A stretch of DNA of 64,000 nucleotides from Vicugna vicugna (lineage: Eukaryota), in assembly GCA_013265495.1 (NCBI GenBank), contig MU058781.1, positions 3,287,050-3,351,049 on the forward strand, read 5' to 3'. Every line of letters starts with the position of its first letter. The first letter of the stretch is position 1. The notes below the pieces were generated by a model, which saw only the letters and a program-made list of their open reading frames with translations, had not been told where the DNA came from and searched no databases. The position numbers were made by a program, and so were the translations under genes. This document shows positions 41,764 through 55,700 of the stretch, piece by piece.

Positions 41764-44289
41764 GTGAACGAGATGAAGGCCTTCTTGCTGTCAAAAGATA
41801 ACCAGGTTTCTCTTCTTAGTCATTTTCTGGAGGTTTCTGAGCAAGTCATTATTGGCTTAAATTTTTTTTTTATCATGTCAGTAAGAACTGAGGTCTGGTG
41901 ACATCTCCGTACTGGACTTGCAAATACTTTTAATCAGTAGAAGAATGTTAGTGCCTGAGTGATTCCCACGAATAGTGCTCTCCTGGTTTCCCAGCCCTAG
42001 AGCACATCTAAGCAATGACAGTCCCTGTCCCAAACATCATATTCCTGGAGAAGTAGTTCACAGCCAGGAGCACACACCTGATGCCTAGAGTACTCTTACT
42101 TGGGAATAAACTGCTTGAGAGAAAGGACGGGTGAAAACCAGAGCCTGAGCTGGGAGTACCCAGGCGTTAAGGTGCCAAGAAGATGCCGTAGTCAGTACCC
42201 AGTAGGGAGTGATTTGTACCCATTTTGTTCTGCTTTGGACATCAAGCTTTGTCAATAAAGTAGTTTATAGGTTTTAACTCTAATTAGACTTTTTCTTCTT
42301 GGAAAATGAATTATATCACCTTGTTGGGGAAAAACAAAATCCTTCCCAAAATTTCCGGATTCACCCTCACTCATTCTCTTACCCTCATCCTCCTAAGGCT
42401 TCTGGGCTGTTATACCCAAGCGGTATCAGAAGAAAACACATTTGGATCAAGATACATGGTCATTCCTCATGAAATGACAACCCAAGGAGCCCTGGGCTGT
42501 GCTCTTTGTCAGATGGCTGTTAAGTTTGGGCATCTCAGAGCCGCATGGACACCCATGAATGAATCACAAAGAGCTCTCTGCCTTGGGTGTTTATAATTCA
42601 GATCCAGTCCTTCCTTAAATAGCTCTTTGGTGGTTTTCCATTTCTGTATGGGTATATTTACATTTACACCACATTTATATGATTTGCCAGAGCTCGAGGC
42701 TGATCGCTTAAACCTTTCCCTTCACTTCCAATTTTCATTGCCCTTCCAATCTCTGTAGCCCTGAAAATAAGCTTTTCTGAGCTCCTCATTAATTTTTCAC
42801 TCCTCTTCCTGCAGGAGACGCACAGATATGCAGAGCTAGCATTGCAGGCCAAAGAATATTTGGCAAGCCATTTCTGCGCCCGGCAATAGGTCTCAGAAAC
42901 ATAGCTTCAGGGAATTTGACAAGTGAGATGCCCGGGACCTGCCTGCATTCTAATTATGGGGCTCCCGTTAGTCCTTGAGAAAGTTGCACTGTATCCCAGT
43001 ATCAGGGTAGGCAGTGATCTGCTCTTTCTTTATTTAATTGGGTGTTAAGGAGTAACAGTGCCATGTATTAGCAAGATCACTGGTCCGGCTACTACGAGCT
43101 GTAAGGCTATGGACAAGTGAGTTCACCTCTCTGAACCTTCTCTCTCCATCTTCAAAGTGTGAGGCTTAGACTGGACCGTGTCCAAGAGTCTGTTACATCT
43201 GAGCCCTCTCATTTTGACAGCAGCAGGGCATCCTTCTCTACAAGTACAAAGAAAATCATTTAACCATTCTCTCACACTGTCACTGTTTTTCTAGGCAAGA
43301 ACAGGATCTGTGTGTTGGAAGGCTAAAAAATTCACTTGCACCAAGCCTTGTGTAAGAAGCATGTCCCATAGAAGTCCTCCCGTTAGGACAGCTTCATTGC
43401 CAGCTCTCTGTCTTGACAATGAATACTGTCTCCTGACCTTCTCTGCCCTCCTTCCCACCGGACCCACGCAACCATCACTCCTGATTCAGAAGACTGAACA
43501 CTTTTCTTTAGGGACTTTTTCAAAAGTTATACAAATGCTGGAAGTTCGGGTTCTGTAGGACAAGAGTTGGCCTGAGACCTCTGTAATGAAGCAAGAGTCT
43601 GAGTGAGCATGAACTTGCTCTGCGGGCAAAACTAACCGCATTGAAATTTTTAGCCAGCCGCCTTAATTGGAACTGAGGGGTGTGCAGGGTCTACATGGAT
43701 GAGGCTTTCAGGACACTAAGCTAACTAAATCAACGGTACATGTGATTTCCTCCTGAAAAGTCCTGTAAAATAAGATAACCTTCTGAATTCACAGATGGTC
43801 TTCCAAGAACTAAAAATTCAAATGCTCAGTGGACAAAATAGGATAAATGCTCCCCCCCATTTTGATCACTGTGCATGGCCTATATCTGATGATCTGGAGC
43901 CAGAAATACTGTTTTTGAAAACAAAATTCCCTTACATTGTCCTTGAGGACAATAAACAATGTTACACGAAGGAAAATATCAAAAGAAAACCTGGTGGAAA
44001 AGAGAAAAGGAGGTGTTAGAGATTAGACAGTACAGTGGTGTTAGAACCGTCTCCACCTAAACTTTCTGTTCTCTTAGTTTAGAACTTTTTCTGTAAAAGA
44101 GAAAAGTTTTTAATGGCTTGCTTCTGTGACTAATAGAAAACCAGAGGATTTTTCAGGCTGAGCTAAAAGTGAGAATATTTTTAGAAAAATACAACGAGCA
44201 CTCGGCGTACAGACAATTTGTTACATCAACATTAAATCCGAATGTGTTGAATAGCGATACATTATTTCTCCGCATGAGGAGAGAGTAGA

Positions 44290-45150
44290 ATAGGGTGCAG
44301 TGTTTAAAGTACTGGGCAAGAAATTCCTGGTTATAAAGAAGGAAAAAGGAAAGAAAAATCATGACGATTAGCCTGAATAAGAATAGAAATAAATCCAAAT
44401 ATATCAGTGATTACAATAAATGTGGATGATCCATATATACTAGTTAAAAGACTGAGATTGCTAAAAACTATGTAACAAAATCCAGATAGAAGTGCTTTAT
44501 GAAATGTACCTAAAACGTAAGGACATTAGATTTAAAATAAAAAGGCATTACAAGATACACCAACCAATAATTTTTTGAAAAAGAATGCTAGTTTATCTAC
44601 ATTAATATCAGGCAAAATATATTTTAAGGCAAGAAATGTAAAGTTGGGTCATCACATAGTGATAAAAGGAGCCATTCATGAGGAAGATATAACAATTCAA
44701 AATATGTCTATATCTCTATCAGGGGCTGTGAAACTGTCAAATTTTATACCAAATTTTCTATGTACATGTATTTTTCTAGAGAAGGTGTCAAGAACTTTAA
44801 TCAGATTTTCAATAGGGTGTCAGATCTAAAATAGGTTAAGAATCACTGGGTCAGGTTACTAAATATAGTGGTGGTATTGCAAATCAGAAGTTATATCCTC
44901 TTTAAAAAGATTAGCTTGTAGATGTTTGCTATATGTATGTTTTGGAGAGGTATACTTGCAGTATAAATATGTCATGATAAAAAAAAATGTGTATATCTAA
45001 CTAACTCCATAGTCACAATGTATATACAGCAAAAGGTGGCCAAACAGAAAGATAAATGAATGAACTTATTAATACATGTCTGTTGATAATTGATTGTCAG
45101 GCAGACAAACAGAAATTAGGAAATAGATAACTAACTGGATAACTTACCAG
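44290..45150 (+). mobile_element. Ancient L1 ORF2 endonuclease relic with an inserted hAT-Charlie-like piece (~44720-44848)
   Basis: ORF 44575 peptide LISGKIYFK...GHHIVIKGAIHEEDITI resembles L1 EN; the insert ends ggttaagaatcactg. Confidence 0.7.
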
Positions 45151-47931
45151 GAAGAGGAACTGAGTTTTGATCTGTTGTTTATCCCATTTCATGTCTATGT
45201 GTTCAGTCACGTAAGTACAAGAAATCAAGTGGATAGAACAGTTGCAGGTTTTGAAACTCAGAAGGTGGAAGGGAGATAGATCTCTTTTGATCGATGTGTG
45301 CCTTCCAATAACCAGAATCTGAAATAATCACAACTGGGGATGACATTCTTCCTCTTTGTGCTCCCTAGTTTTTAAAACTCATCCCCACAAACGATGTTAA
45401 CTTCTGAGTTTCTATGCCCTTGCACAGTCAGCCAGTGCATTAAGCTGCCTACAGAGGTTAAAATGAGAGCCTTTCTAACTCACGTTTTTATTTCCTTCTC
45501 TTTTTACCAACATACTTTCCTGGATAGAGATCAAACTGATTAGTTAAATAAATGGGACCATGCCTTTTCACCCCCCTGGTATTAGTTCTGTTATCCTAGG
45601 AGCAAAGAAGTGATGGTCTCATTTATAAGACTCTAAAGGTAGAAGAGAAATTCCTCTTCTGATTAGAGATTAAACTAATGTTTCAGATCCTTCCAGTACA
45701 TTGGTTAATGAGAAGTAGTTGAACTCCCTTCACAGAGCCTGAGGAGGAAGGCTGCTTACAGATGTGTCCGCTTTTTTACTCTTTAAACATACGGAAATCA
45801 CATTTAGGAAGCTTCTTGGGAAAACAAATCAAATGATGACACTGTGGGTGCAGATTAATATTAGTAATTAGAATTGTGCGGGTGTGGACATTCTAAAAGG
45901 AGTTGCCTCACAGAGAAAAGAGCACGTGCAGAGACTGAGGACGTGACAAAACCCAGGGAACAGCAGTTTGTGCAGAAACTTCACTAGTCTTCATTTTTCA
46001 CTTGTTTCTAAAATATTCTCATCTGGGCTGTAAGTCAGTGTTGTGACAGATTTGTTCATGAAGCATAGCCTTTTGTGGGTGTTACTATTAGGAAAGGGCC
46101 CCGGATACAGAGGTGCCAGGAAACGTAACAGGTAAAGATTGGGTCTGTTCTGTGAAGGGTTTCAAGAAGCATGTCGTTTCTCCCTGCTGTCAGGCATGGC
46201 TTCTGGAATAGTGAAAAGGTCTTTTATTGCATTTGTGCTCCAAAGGGAAAAACAAATATGGCAGAGAAATTCAGGGTAGCATAAATTTAGATGTATAGGG
46301 AAAAACTGATCTGATATTAAGAAAAGACTCAGCTTCTTTGTTGTCATACGCATTCATATGGCGGGGGAAGTCATTGGAAACTGTGTTTCCCATAAACGCA
46401 AATTTAGACAAGGCAGACATACACCATTTTTCCGGAGCAAAGTTAACTCCTTGCAACCCACAAGGTGGCAGATAGGGTCACTTTGAGTTCCCTTGAGCTT
46501 TGTTCTAGCTAAGGAGTACTGTTTTTAAATCTCCGAATGGACTGCTGGATTTCTTTTTCTGTTTCCCATGGAGAATGGGAAGCATTGTACCTATTAAAGA
46601 TGGATTTGTTTCTAAGAAAGTATTATGCAGGTTGACGTAAATTAATCTATGCCTTGCCCCCCCCACCGCGCCGATTCTTTCTCCTTTGTCCTCACTCTCC
46701 CCCTCCCAGTCCCCAACCCCCTTCACCTCCTGCCCTGACAGCCACCAGGAATGGTATAAAGCAGTGATTGTACTCTAAGATAATTCATTGGGAGCTAATG
46801 TATTGTTATTTTTATGCCTAATCATGAGTTACATGTTACATAGTAACATTCTGAGATTTTATTTTCTTGGTTGTTAGAGCAAAAGAAAGTTACTTTACTT
46901 TTAAGCCATACAAAACCAGGAGGCTGCAAGGAAACTGATTTAAAACTGAAGAATGTCCCTCTTGCCCTGGCTAACTGGCCAGAATGTGTACTGAGTAGTT
47001 CAGAACCAGATTCACATCCAGCCATGGCAGATTGTAAACCCAGCAGCCTCAGTGGGGGCCTGGGTACCACTCTGCAGTCCTGTTACACTTCTCTAGCATG
47101 TTCACATTCCCATTGTCCGTGGTGATGCATCCTTCCTCTGGCACCTTAGTGCGTCCCTTCATTTCCCTTCCCTGCTCCCAGCCCCTACTCCCATCCCCCA
47201 GATGCAGTTTTACCTTATGAGCCTCTAGAGAACAGCCGGCCTCAGACAGGAATGCTCCCAACTCCCAGCGTCTCCTCTACCTGTTCTCTGCATCCTGTCC
47301 TCCTGACGTGATAAATGAAACATCCCTTTACCTTATTAAAAAAAAAACAAAAAACCCACTTAGATCCTACTCTCCCACGTAGTCATAATCCCCTTCCACC
47401 TCCTTTCTCTCTTAGAGCTCAGTTTTCGTTTATTCCCGGATCCTTCCCGTAGCCAGTCAGAGGTGCTGTAGCAACTCCTGTTTAGAAGACTCTCCCTTGA
47501 CCCTGTAGCTACCAGTGCAGGCATTTTATCCCTTGTGGCCGAACTTCTCAAGTTGCTCACTGCTTGACTGAATGCTCCTTTAAGGGCCCATGCCATCCAT
47601 GTGGCTCCTTCCAAGTTCTCCTTTTTCTTAACGTCCCAAAGACATTTGCTCCATTGACCCATCCCTCCTTTTTAATGTCCTTTTCTCCTGGCTTCTGTTG
47701 CATTGCACTTTATGGCTTTTTCTTCTCTCTCCCTGACCACTCCTCCACTGCTCCCCAACCCCTTACCGCTGAAATCTCCTGTACTCCCTCTCTAGGGATT
47801 CTCATCACTCATGTGGCTTCGGGTGTCATCTCTGTGCTGACAAAGCCCAAGTTTACGTTCCCATCCAGACTTTCTTCTGAGCTGCAGACTTCTACTTGAT
47901 ATCTCCAAATATCTTATGAGAACCTCTGATT

Positions 47932-48357
47932 TGTTACCACGTCCAAGCTCCTACTGCTTGCTGCAGGACCGAATTCAGGCTTCTTTTATACTAAAAGGGG
48001 AGAGGGGTGTGGTTGGTTGCTACAAACTTCTTGGTTCTTGTACTCAGGTCACCTCAGGTCACCGTGTTTCTGTAAACCTCCAACAAGACAAATGTTATTC
48101 TCTGATCTGCAACTTTTTATCTCTATATGAATGAAAAAGTGTTACACCTTTAAAAGTCAGAGCCTCAATAAAAAAATGTTTTTTTTTAAAAAAAAGTCAG
48201 AGCTTTGATAATAGGCTGTCCTGTGTATTTCAGGCTATGGGCAACATTCTTAGCTTGTAACAAAAGCAATAGGATACAGATAACCTCTGTTAAAAAGAAA
48301 AAAAAAAGTGAAAGAAGTAGATCCAACATGAAGTCAGATTTGTTCTGCTCTGTTACG
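47932..48357 (-). mobile_element. ERV1 (MER41-like, artiodactyl-type) solo LTR, shortened
   Basis: Termini tgttacc ... ctctgttac; minus-strand TATAAAAG at 47983-47990; body gtaaacctccaacaagacaaatgttattctc. Confidence 0.75.
48164..48191 (+). mobile_element. 28-nt extremely truncated L1 terminus with 12-bp TSD
   Basis: ctcaataaaaaaatgtttttttttaaaa flanked by aaaagtcagagc at 48152-48163 and 48192-48203. Confidence 0.7.
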
Positions 48358-50029
48358 TTGCCTTGGGTAAAGTCAGATACTTAGAACACTGGGTTTCCTT
48401 GGAGGGTTCTTGTTGCCCACAGGTTAATACCACCAGGTTTCAGAGAGGTCCTGCTGGGTGTCCACTCTCTAGATACCCCAGAGAACCTCTGAAAAGGCTT
48501 TCCTCACCAGCTAGAGGATGCTAGTTAAAATCTGGCTAACTGGGAAAACATTTGTATTGTTCATTGACCCAGAGTTGCACCCCTGCAATTAGAGTAGCAC
48601 TTTCTTTTGTTTTCCCTGAGGGTGAAGCACTTGCCAAGTATTTAACAAGCAGCTTCTAACAAGCCCCATGCAAAGAGCTATCGATTGGGCTGGAGGAGAA
48701 GAAAGTACAATTAAGTTTCAGCCTAATCATCAGAGTTCAACATTGACAGAATTGTTCCAGAGATTCATTAAAACCGCTTTCCCTGCCTTGGAGCCTGGGA
48801 GTTTCCGGGTTTGTTGGAGAGGAGGGTCATCTACAGTGTGAAAAACCACGGTTCAGCAATTTGGAATATTTTCTTATTCTCAAAGGATCAAAAATGAAAT
48901 GAATAAAATTTGTAAATCTCCATGGTAGATTTCGTAATTAGAACTGAAAGGCAGGGAGGATTTTCGTGTTTAACAACATAGCCTGTTCATTCAGAGCAAT
49001 TACTCTAAGAAGTATGTGTATTTTTTGTCTTGTTTGTTTGTTTGGCTCGGAAATGTTGCAGAGCAACCAAAACTATTGCCAACATCAGCTGTAGATGTCT
49101 GTACAGTCTGAATGCAACTTCAAGGATGCACAGAACTGGGCTGGGAGAAAAAAAAAGTTTCCATGTATCTGCATTTAGCAGCAAACACTTATTTTGAAAA
49201 TTTCACAAAACATCCTGGTATAATAGTAGTGTATACTACCTAGAAAATGTCATTGATGTTTCATTATATATTACTCATAAGCAAATCGTCCCTTTAGAAA
49301 TAATCTCTAAAGTGACAGATGGACGGACACCTACTGCCTAGTTTTGGTCTGTCAACCTCTATCCAAGAAGGTTGCTCACTGAAGGAGCTCATGACCTTAA
49401 TGTCGCTGTTTGCAGAGTAGAGAGTCCATACTGTGCTGTTTTATTTCTCCATGGAACGGCTCAGCCTGCCCAGGCTCAAATATGATGCGAATTTGTTTTA
49501 GGATACCATCAAAACAAAAAAATACAGATTTCTTACTTACTTCTACCTATTAAGGCTTGTCGTAAATATGGCTTGGAATATTCTACATAAATTACTTTTC
49601 CCTGTTGGGAAAAAAAATGCCATGCTGTTAATTTTATTGCTTTTCTGGCAAGCACATTAGTGTTAAAGCAGGGATCTAATTGGAGGCATGTTATAAATTA
49701 GACACGATCACGTCGAAACACAAGACCTGTACCAGCTTTAGATACAGGAGAGTCTCTGAATTATTTTCCAAGGAAAGCAAGAGATGTTAACAAAACTCTA
49801 GCAGAGATTGGTTAATTGTGAGAATTTGCAAATACTTTCTACAAAGCTTGAAGGGTGGACATGTTACTTTTGTAATAGAAAATTATAGTGAAACAGATGG
49901 TAGGACCACTGTTATTTCACAGACACCCCAGTACCTATAGGAGCTTCTTAAAATGAACTTTCCTCTTTCCAAAACCTTCCATACTTTTGTAAAATGTAAA
50001 AATGTTAATATGGGGTAAAAAAAATGTTC

Positions 50030-50400
50030 CTTTGTTTTGAAATTTGAATTTTAAACTAATTTTAGGCTTATAGAAAAGTTGCAAAAACAGCACACACAGA
50101 GCTTCCTTATATGTTGGCATCTTACATAACCAGAATACATGAAGAAAGACAGAACATTTAACATTGGTATCATATTATCAACCAAACTATAGTTTATTCC
50201 AGTTTCACTCATTTTTCCATTAGTTTTTTTTTTTTCTGGGTTCTATCTAGGACCTCCAGTTGAATTGAGTTGGTATTTCTCTTTAGTCTCCTCTAATCTG
50301 TGGTACTCCATTCTTCTGTCTCTTTCATGAAAATGTTTCCTAAAAAGCAAATATTTTGTGTATTTGGTGTAACATGTATGGGAAGATCTTGTGTGTGTTT
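50030..50400 (-). mobile_element. Old L1MB/MC 3' end fragment
   Basis: taattttaggcttatagaaaagttgcaaaaacag ... aacattggtat ... tctttagtctcctctaatctg. Confidence 0.7.
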
Positions 50401-51102
50401 TGGGGGATGGGTATGATAATTGAATGGAAAACACTTGAACTCCTTCTTTGCTTGAAGAAAAATATTCCAGAGACCGTCCTAGTACATTAACAACATGTGA
50501 CAACTTAGTTTTATTCAATAAACTTTACTAATTCAGATTAAATTTTTAAAAGCCAATTAGATTTCGTTAAAAACAAAGGCCGAATTCAAATTTTAAAATA
50601 TAATAATTGAAAAGTAGATTGGGCCCTAATTTCAGTAGTTTTACAAAACTCTAAATTGATAGAGATTTTTCGTTCTACCTGTTGTCTAGGAGCTCTTATT
50701 ATTGAATATGTAAGGCCAGTTTATAATTAGTGTAAGTATTATTTGTATGAAGTAAATTATTTCAACTTCAAAAAATAATTTGGTTCTTTAAATATTTTCC
50801 CTGAGGAGGATCTTACTATTATTATTATTGCTACTGTTGTTGTTATTAAGAAGTGTTGGCTAAGCAAAAATAAACCACAGCCAGAATCTTGGCCATATTC
50901 TACAAATTTCAAATTAGTGAGGTTTTTATTGAATGAGAAACTGAAAGTTGTCACTGACACGTGATTTTGGAGAGCAGGCGAACCGTTTATAAACTGAGCT
51001 GTTCTTAGTGTGCTGGTCCTCTGCCTGTTTTCTCCCCCAACAGGCACATGTGTACTTGACGGTTGTGAACATAGTCCAGTGGGTAAAAATGGCAGGAATT
51101 CT

Positions 51103-52602
51103 TGATGCTGCACCTCTTCCTAAAAATGACTGTTGAGTGGAGATACACACGCCAGTTCCACATTGTTTTATTCTTCCATTCTGTTCGAACCACTCTGACA
51201 CCAACTTAGGTATATTGCAATTCTGAACTAACCACCCAGAGTCAGCTCAGACCACGCAAGTCAAAGGGCACAAATCCCCAAGATTGCCCAGACTTCTGAG
51301 GCCACAACAAGTGGGGTCCCCAGGCCACCTGCAACTTGGACTGACTGCCTGCAGATCCAGGGGTTCCCGTTGTCAGGTCGGTGATTCTCCTGAAGGACTC
51401 AGTGAAGTCAGGAAAGCACTTACACTTATGACTGCGGTTTTACTGTAAAGGATACAGATGAGGAACAGCCAAATGGAGAGAAGCAGAGGGTTCTGTCTGG
51501 AGGGGTCCTGAATGCAGAGCTCCCATGTCCTCAAGGAATGAAGGCGTGTCACCCTCCCTGCTCGTCAGTGTGTTCACCCACCAGAAAGCTCCACTGAGTG
51601 GTGTTTTTATTAGGGTTTCTTTATGAGGGAACATCGACCACTTGATTGAACTCAGTCTCTAACCCCTTCTTTCTTCCCTGGAGATCAGAAAGTCAGGCTG
51701 ATACCATGTAGCTCAAAGCTTCATCTCTCTAATCATATAATCTTCCCAGTCTGACGATCCTGAAACTGTTGTTGAAGAAATTCAGCCTCCCTACCCCACT
51801 TACTGAGTTGAGACTCAAGGACAGAGTTTTGGATGAAGTGGAAAAGGCATCTTTATTTCTTTGCCAGGCAAAGGAGGTCACAGTAGGCTAATGCCTCCAA
51901 GACTGTGACCCTGCCAGGGAGAGAGAGCAGGGGGTTTCATAGTACCAGTTCAAGAGGCAGAGCTAGTTTCCATGGAGATCACATATCGGGTAACAAATTG
52001 TTATAAAGTTGTTCTTGTTTTTGCAGATGCAATGGTCCCCTTCCTTCTGCTGGGTGTGAAGTTTACCTCCAGCTTTGCAACTCTTCTAACATTCTTGTGC
52101 CTAGAACAAAGGGTGCTTAGGAAGGGAGTCTGTGGAAAAATGCTCTAGAGAAAAACTTGTGCAGTTTAAAGTCAGGCTGAGCCCTGCACCTTAAACAGCG
52201 GAATACAAAGAAACCGTAAGGGTCTAAAGATAATTGTAGATATGCACAGTTAGGGCGAGTTATGAACAACAAGATGCACAATACACCCAACTGCCATTTC
52301 TGAGGTATCAGGATCAAAAGCAGGGCACTGAGCATGAAGCCCTCCTTCTCTTCAGCCTAACCCTGGTCCACAAGAGCATAAGAAAAGCCATTTAAACCAT
52401 TATACAATTAAACAGTTACAAATACCATATGGTCACCGATGACAGTGGGATCCTGCTTGGTTACAAAACTATACAGAGGCCCACCATGGGTCACCTTTTT
52501 AGTATAAACTAACAGATCCCACCACGAATAACAAAGACACTCATCACTCAGAAGATAGCTAAGGTTCAGAGTCCCCCGCCCAAGGCAAGGGCCAAATTCT
52601 CT
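51103..52602 (-). mobile_element. MER21-like LTR split by a younger LTR
   Basis: ggggtccccaggccacctgc, gaagtcaggaaagcacttta, ttcacccaccagaaagctc; resumes after 52469 with aataacaaagacactc ... aaggcaagggccaaa. Confidence 0.7.
51767..52465 (-). mobile_element. Intact 699-bp ERV1-type solo LTR with 4-bp TSD
   Basis: TG...CA termini (tgttg...ttaca); TSD aaac at 51763-51766 and 52466-52469; minus-strand AATAAA at 51852-51857. Confidence 0.88.
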
Positions 52603-52799
52603 GGGGTTTTTTTTTCTCTTCAAATTTTTTTTCTGATAGTAAAATACAGGACATCGCATACTGTTTGGAAAATACAAAAAAAGTTAAGAAGAAAATAAAC
52701 ATCCATGATCCTACACAATCAAAACATCACTGAATATTCTTATATACATTTTAATCATTTTTCTCTGCATTTAAAACAATATTGGGGCTTAGTTTATAG

Positions 52800-55700
52800 A
52801 TTTTCTTACAGTTTCTTAAATAATCCCCAAGTATGTAATGTTTTGATGCTGTTGTAAATAGTACTTATGAAAACTTCATTTTCTAACAATTTATTTTTAG
52901 TATACAGAAATGCAAATAATTTCTGTATGTTGACATTGTCCTTGGGGTATTCTAAATCTGTGATCGCATTGCCTGCAGATAACGTTTACTTCTTCCTTTC
53001 CAATCTGTAGTCCTTTTAATTTTGGTCTTGCTCCATTGTGCTGGCTACCTAGGATATTTTAAAGCACGTTTTATAATACAGTACAATGTTCAACAGAAAT
53101 AGTGAGAATGGCCATCCTTGTCTGTTCTTGATCTTAGAGGAGATATGTTCAGTCTTCCACCATTAAGTATGATGTTAGCTGTAGGTTATTCATAGATGCC
53201 CTTTACTAGGGAAGTTTCCTTCTATCCTGAGTTTTCCGTGAGTTTTTAAAAATCATGAATTGATGCTGCATATTGTTGAACACTTTTTTTTCACCTTTTG
53301 AGATGATCATTTGATTTTTTTCGTTTGTACCGTTAGTATGATAGATTGCAATTTAAAGACTTTTGAAATGTTACAGCAACTTTGCATTTCCTGGTATAAA
53401 TATCATTTGGTCATGCTGTATTATACTTTTCATATATTGCTGGGCTTGTTAAGAATTGTCATGGTTATGTTTTCGAGAGACATTGGTCTGTAATTTTCCT
53501 GTAATGTCTATTTGGCTTTGTTATCAGTGTAAAGCTGACCTTGTAAAAGGAGTTGAAAAATATTTCCTTCTCCTTATTTTATGAATGAGTTTTTAAAAAT
53601 TTGTTATTTCTTCTTTCAGTATTTTATAAAATTCAGCAGTGGACTAGTCTAGTCACTTGGACTAGAATTTTCTTTGTAGGAAAGGTCTTAATTTCAAATT
53701 CAATGTCTTTAATAGATACAGGACTATTTGCATTTTTTTCTTCTTATATCAACTACAATTTGTCTTTTAAGCAATCTATCCATTTCATGAAAGTTGTTGA
53801 ATTTATTGGCCTAAAATTTTTCACAATATTCTTTTGTCATCTTCTTAATGTCTACAGTATCTATAGTGATGTCTTTTAGTTTTCTTTCATTTCTAATATT
53901 GATAATTTTAAAAATTCTTTTATTCTTGATCAGTTTTACTAGAGGCTTATCAATTTTACTGATTTTAGTTTCATTGATTTGTTTTTCTATTATTCATTTT
54001 CTTTCCCATTGATTTCCAGTCTTTGTTATTTCCTTCTCTACTTTTTCAGTTCAATTTTGCTTCCCAGGTTCCTTTAAAATGTGAAATTTTATATCATTGA
54101 TTTTTTTTCTATAATTTAAGTATTTAAAGCTTTATAATTTTCCCTGTAAGCACTTTGTCAGCTGCATCCCACAAATTTGATAGGCTGTATTTTTATTATT
54201 ATTCAATTCTGAATTATTTTCTGATTTCTCTAATGATTTCTTCTTGGAATTATCGGTTATATATATTGGTATTAATTTTGTAATACATCACTATTTAAAA
54301 ACATTTGGTTTTTACTTCTCATTTGTTTTCATTATAGTCACAGGACATTATGATTTCAGCTGATTTGCGTTTATTGAGACTTATTTTCTAGCTCTGCATA
54401 TGGTATATCTTGGTGAATGTTGCATGTGCCCGTGAAAAGAATGTGCATTTTGCAGTCTGGGGTAACGTATCCTATAAATGACAATTAGGTCAATCTGGTG
54501 GATAGTGTTGTTCAAATTTTGGTTTTCAACCTACTTCTCCAGCAAATACTGCAAAAAGAGTATTGAAATTTTCAACTATAATGATGAATTTGTCTGTTTT
54601 TCTTTTCCATACTGTCAGTTTTTCATTAATGTATTTTGAAATTCTGCTGTTTAGCATTATTATGTATATCTTCTTCAAAAATTGACTCATAATGTAATGG
54701 AATTCTTTGTATCTGGCAATATTCTTGTCATGAAGGTTATTTTGTCTGATATTAACGTAGCTATTCCAGCTTCCTACTATTTGTGTCTGAATAGTATATC
54801 TTTCTTCCATCCTTTTGCTGTTAACCAATCTGTGTATTTATATTTAAAGTGTATTTTGTTTGTAGTAGATAACATATAGTGGGTCTCTGCATTTTAATTA
54901 GGGTGTTATTTTAGTGGAATTATCAGTATAGTTGGATTTAATCTACCGTTCTTGCTGCTTACCTCCCATTTGCCCCATCTGTTCTCTGTCCCACTTTTTA
55001 TGCCTTTTGAGGTTTGTTTTTTTTTTTTTTTTTTTTTGTTAACATGTATTTTGTTTACTAGCTATATTCCCTTGTTCTTTTATTATTTTTGGTTCCTCTG
55101 GGGTTTACTATATTCACGGTGTACCTTTATGTAATAGGCCACTTTATCTATAATGTAAGAACGTGAAAACAGTAAATTACCATTTCCCTCAACAATCCTT
55201 GTGCTATTGTTGAAATATATTTTATTTCTATATATTATTATAAACCTCACAATGTCTTTTAATACTTTAATATAGTTATTTATTTTTTAAGTGAATTAAA
55301 AACTGAGAAGTCGTTCCCATTTTACTGTTCTGTTCTTTTGTGTAAATCTGAGTTTTGTCTGATACAGTTTTCTTCAGCCTAAAGAATTTCTTTAATATGT
55401 TTTATAGTGGAGGACTGCTAGCAATGAATTCAGACAACTTGTGTTTATCTGAAATTTTCTTTATTTTACTTTCAATTTTGAGGGATATTTTCTCTGGATA
55501 TAGAATTATAGGTGATGGGCTAATTTTTCCTTTTTGCAATATAAAGATACTATTCCACTGCCTTAGTAGATTGCATTATTTCTGATGAGAAGTTAGAGAT
55601 TGTTCTTAAAATTTTGTTTACCTATATGTAATAGATCTTATAAGCTGGCTACTTTTTAAAAAACTTTATCTGGATTATTAATTTTGGATAATTTGATTAT

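Noticed and set aside
42752..42800. tctgtag|ccctgaaaat as the next PHACTR1 exon
   Set aside because: It begins like ALE... but does not encode ERKISMRQSREEL and hits a stop almost at once.
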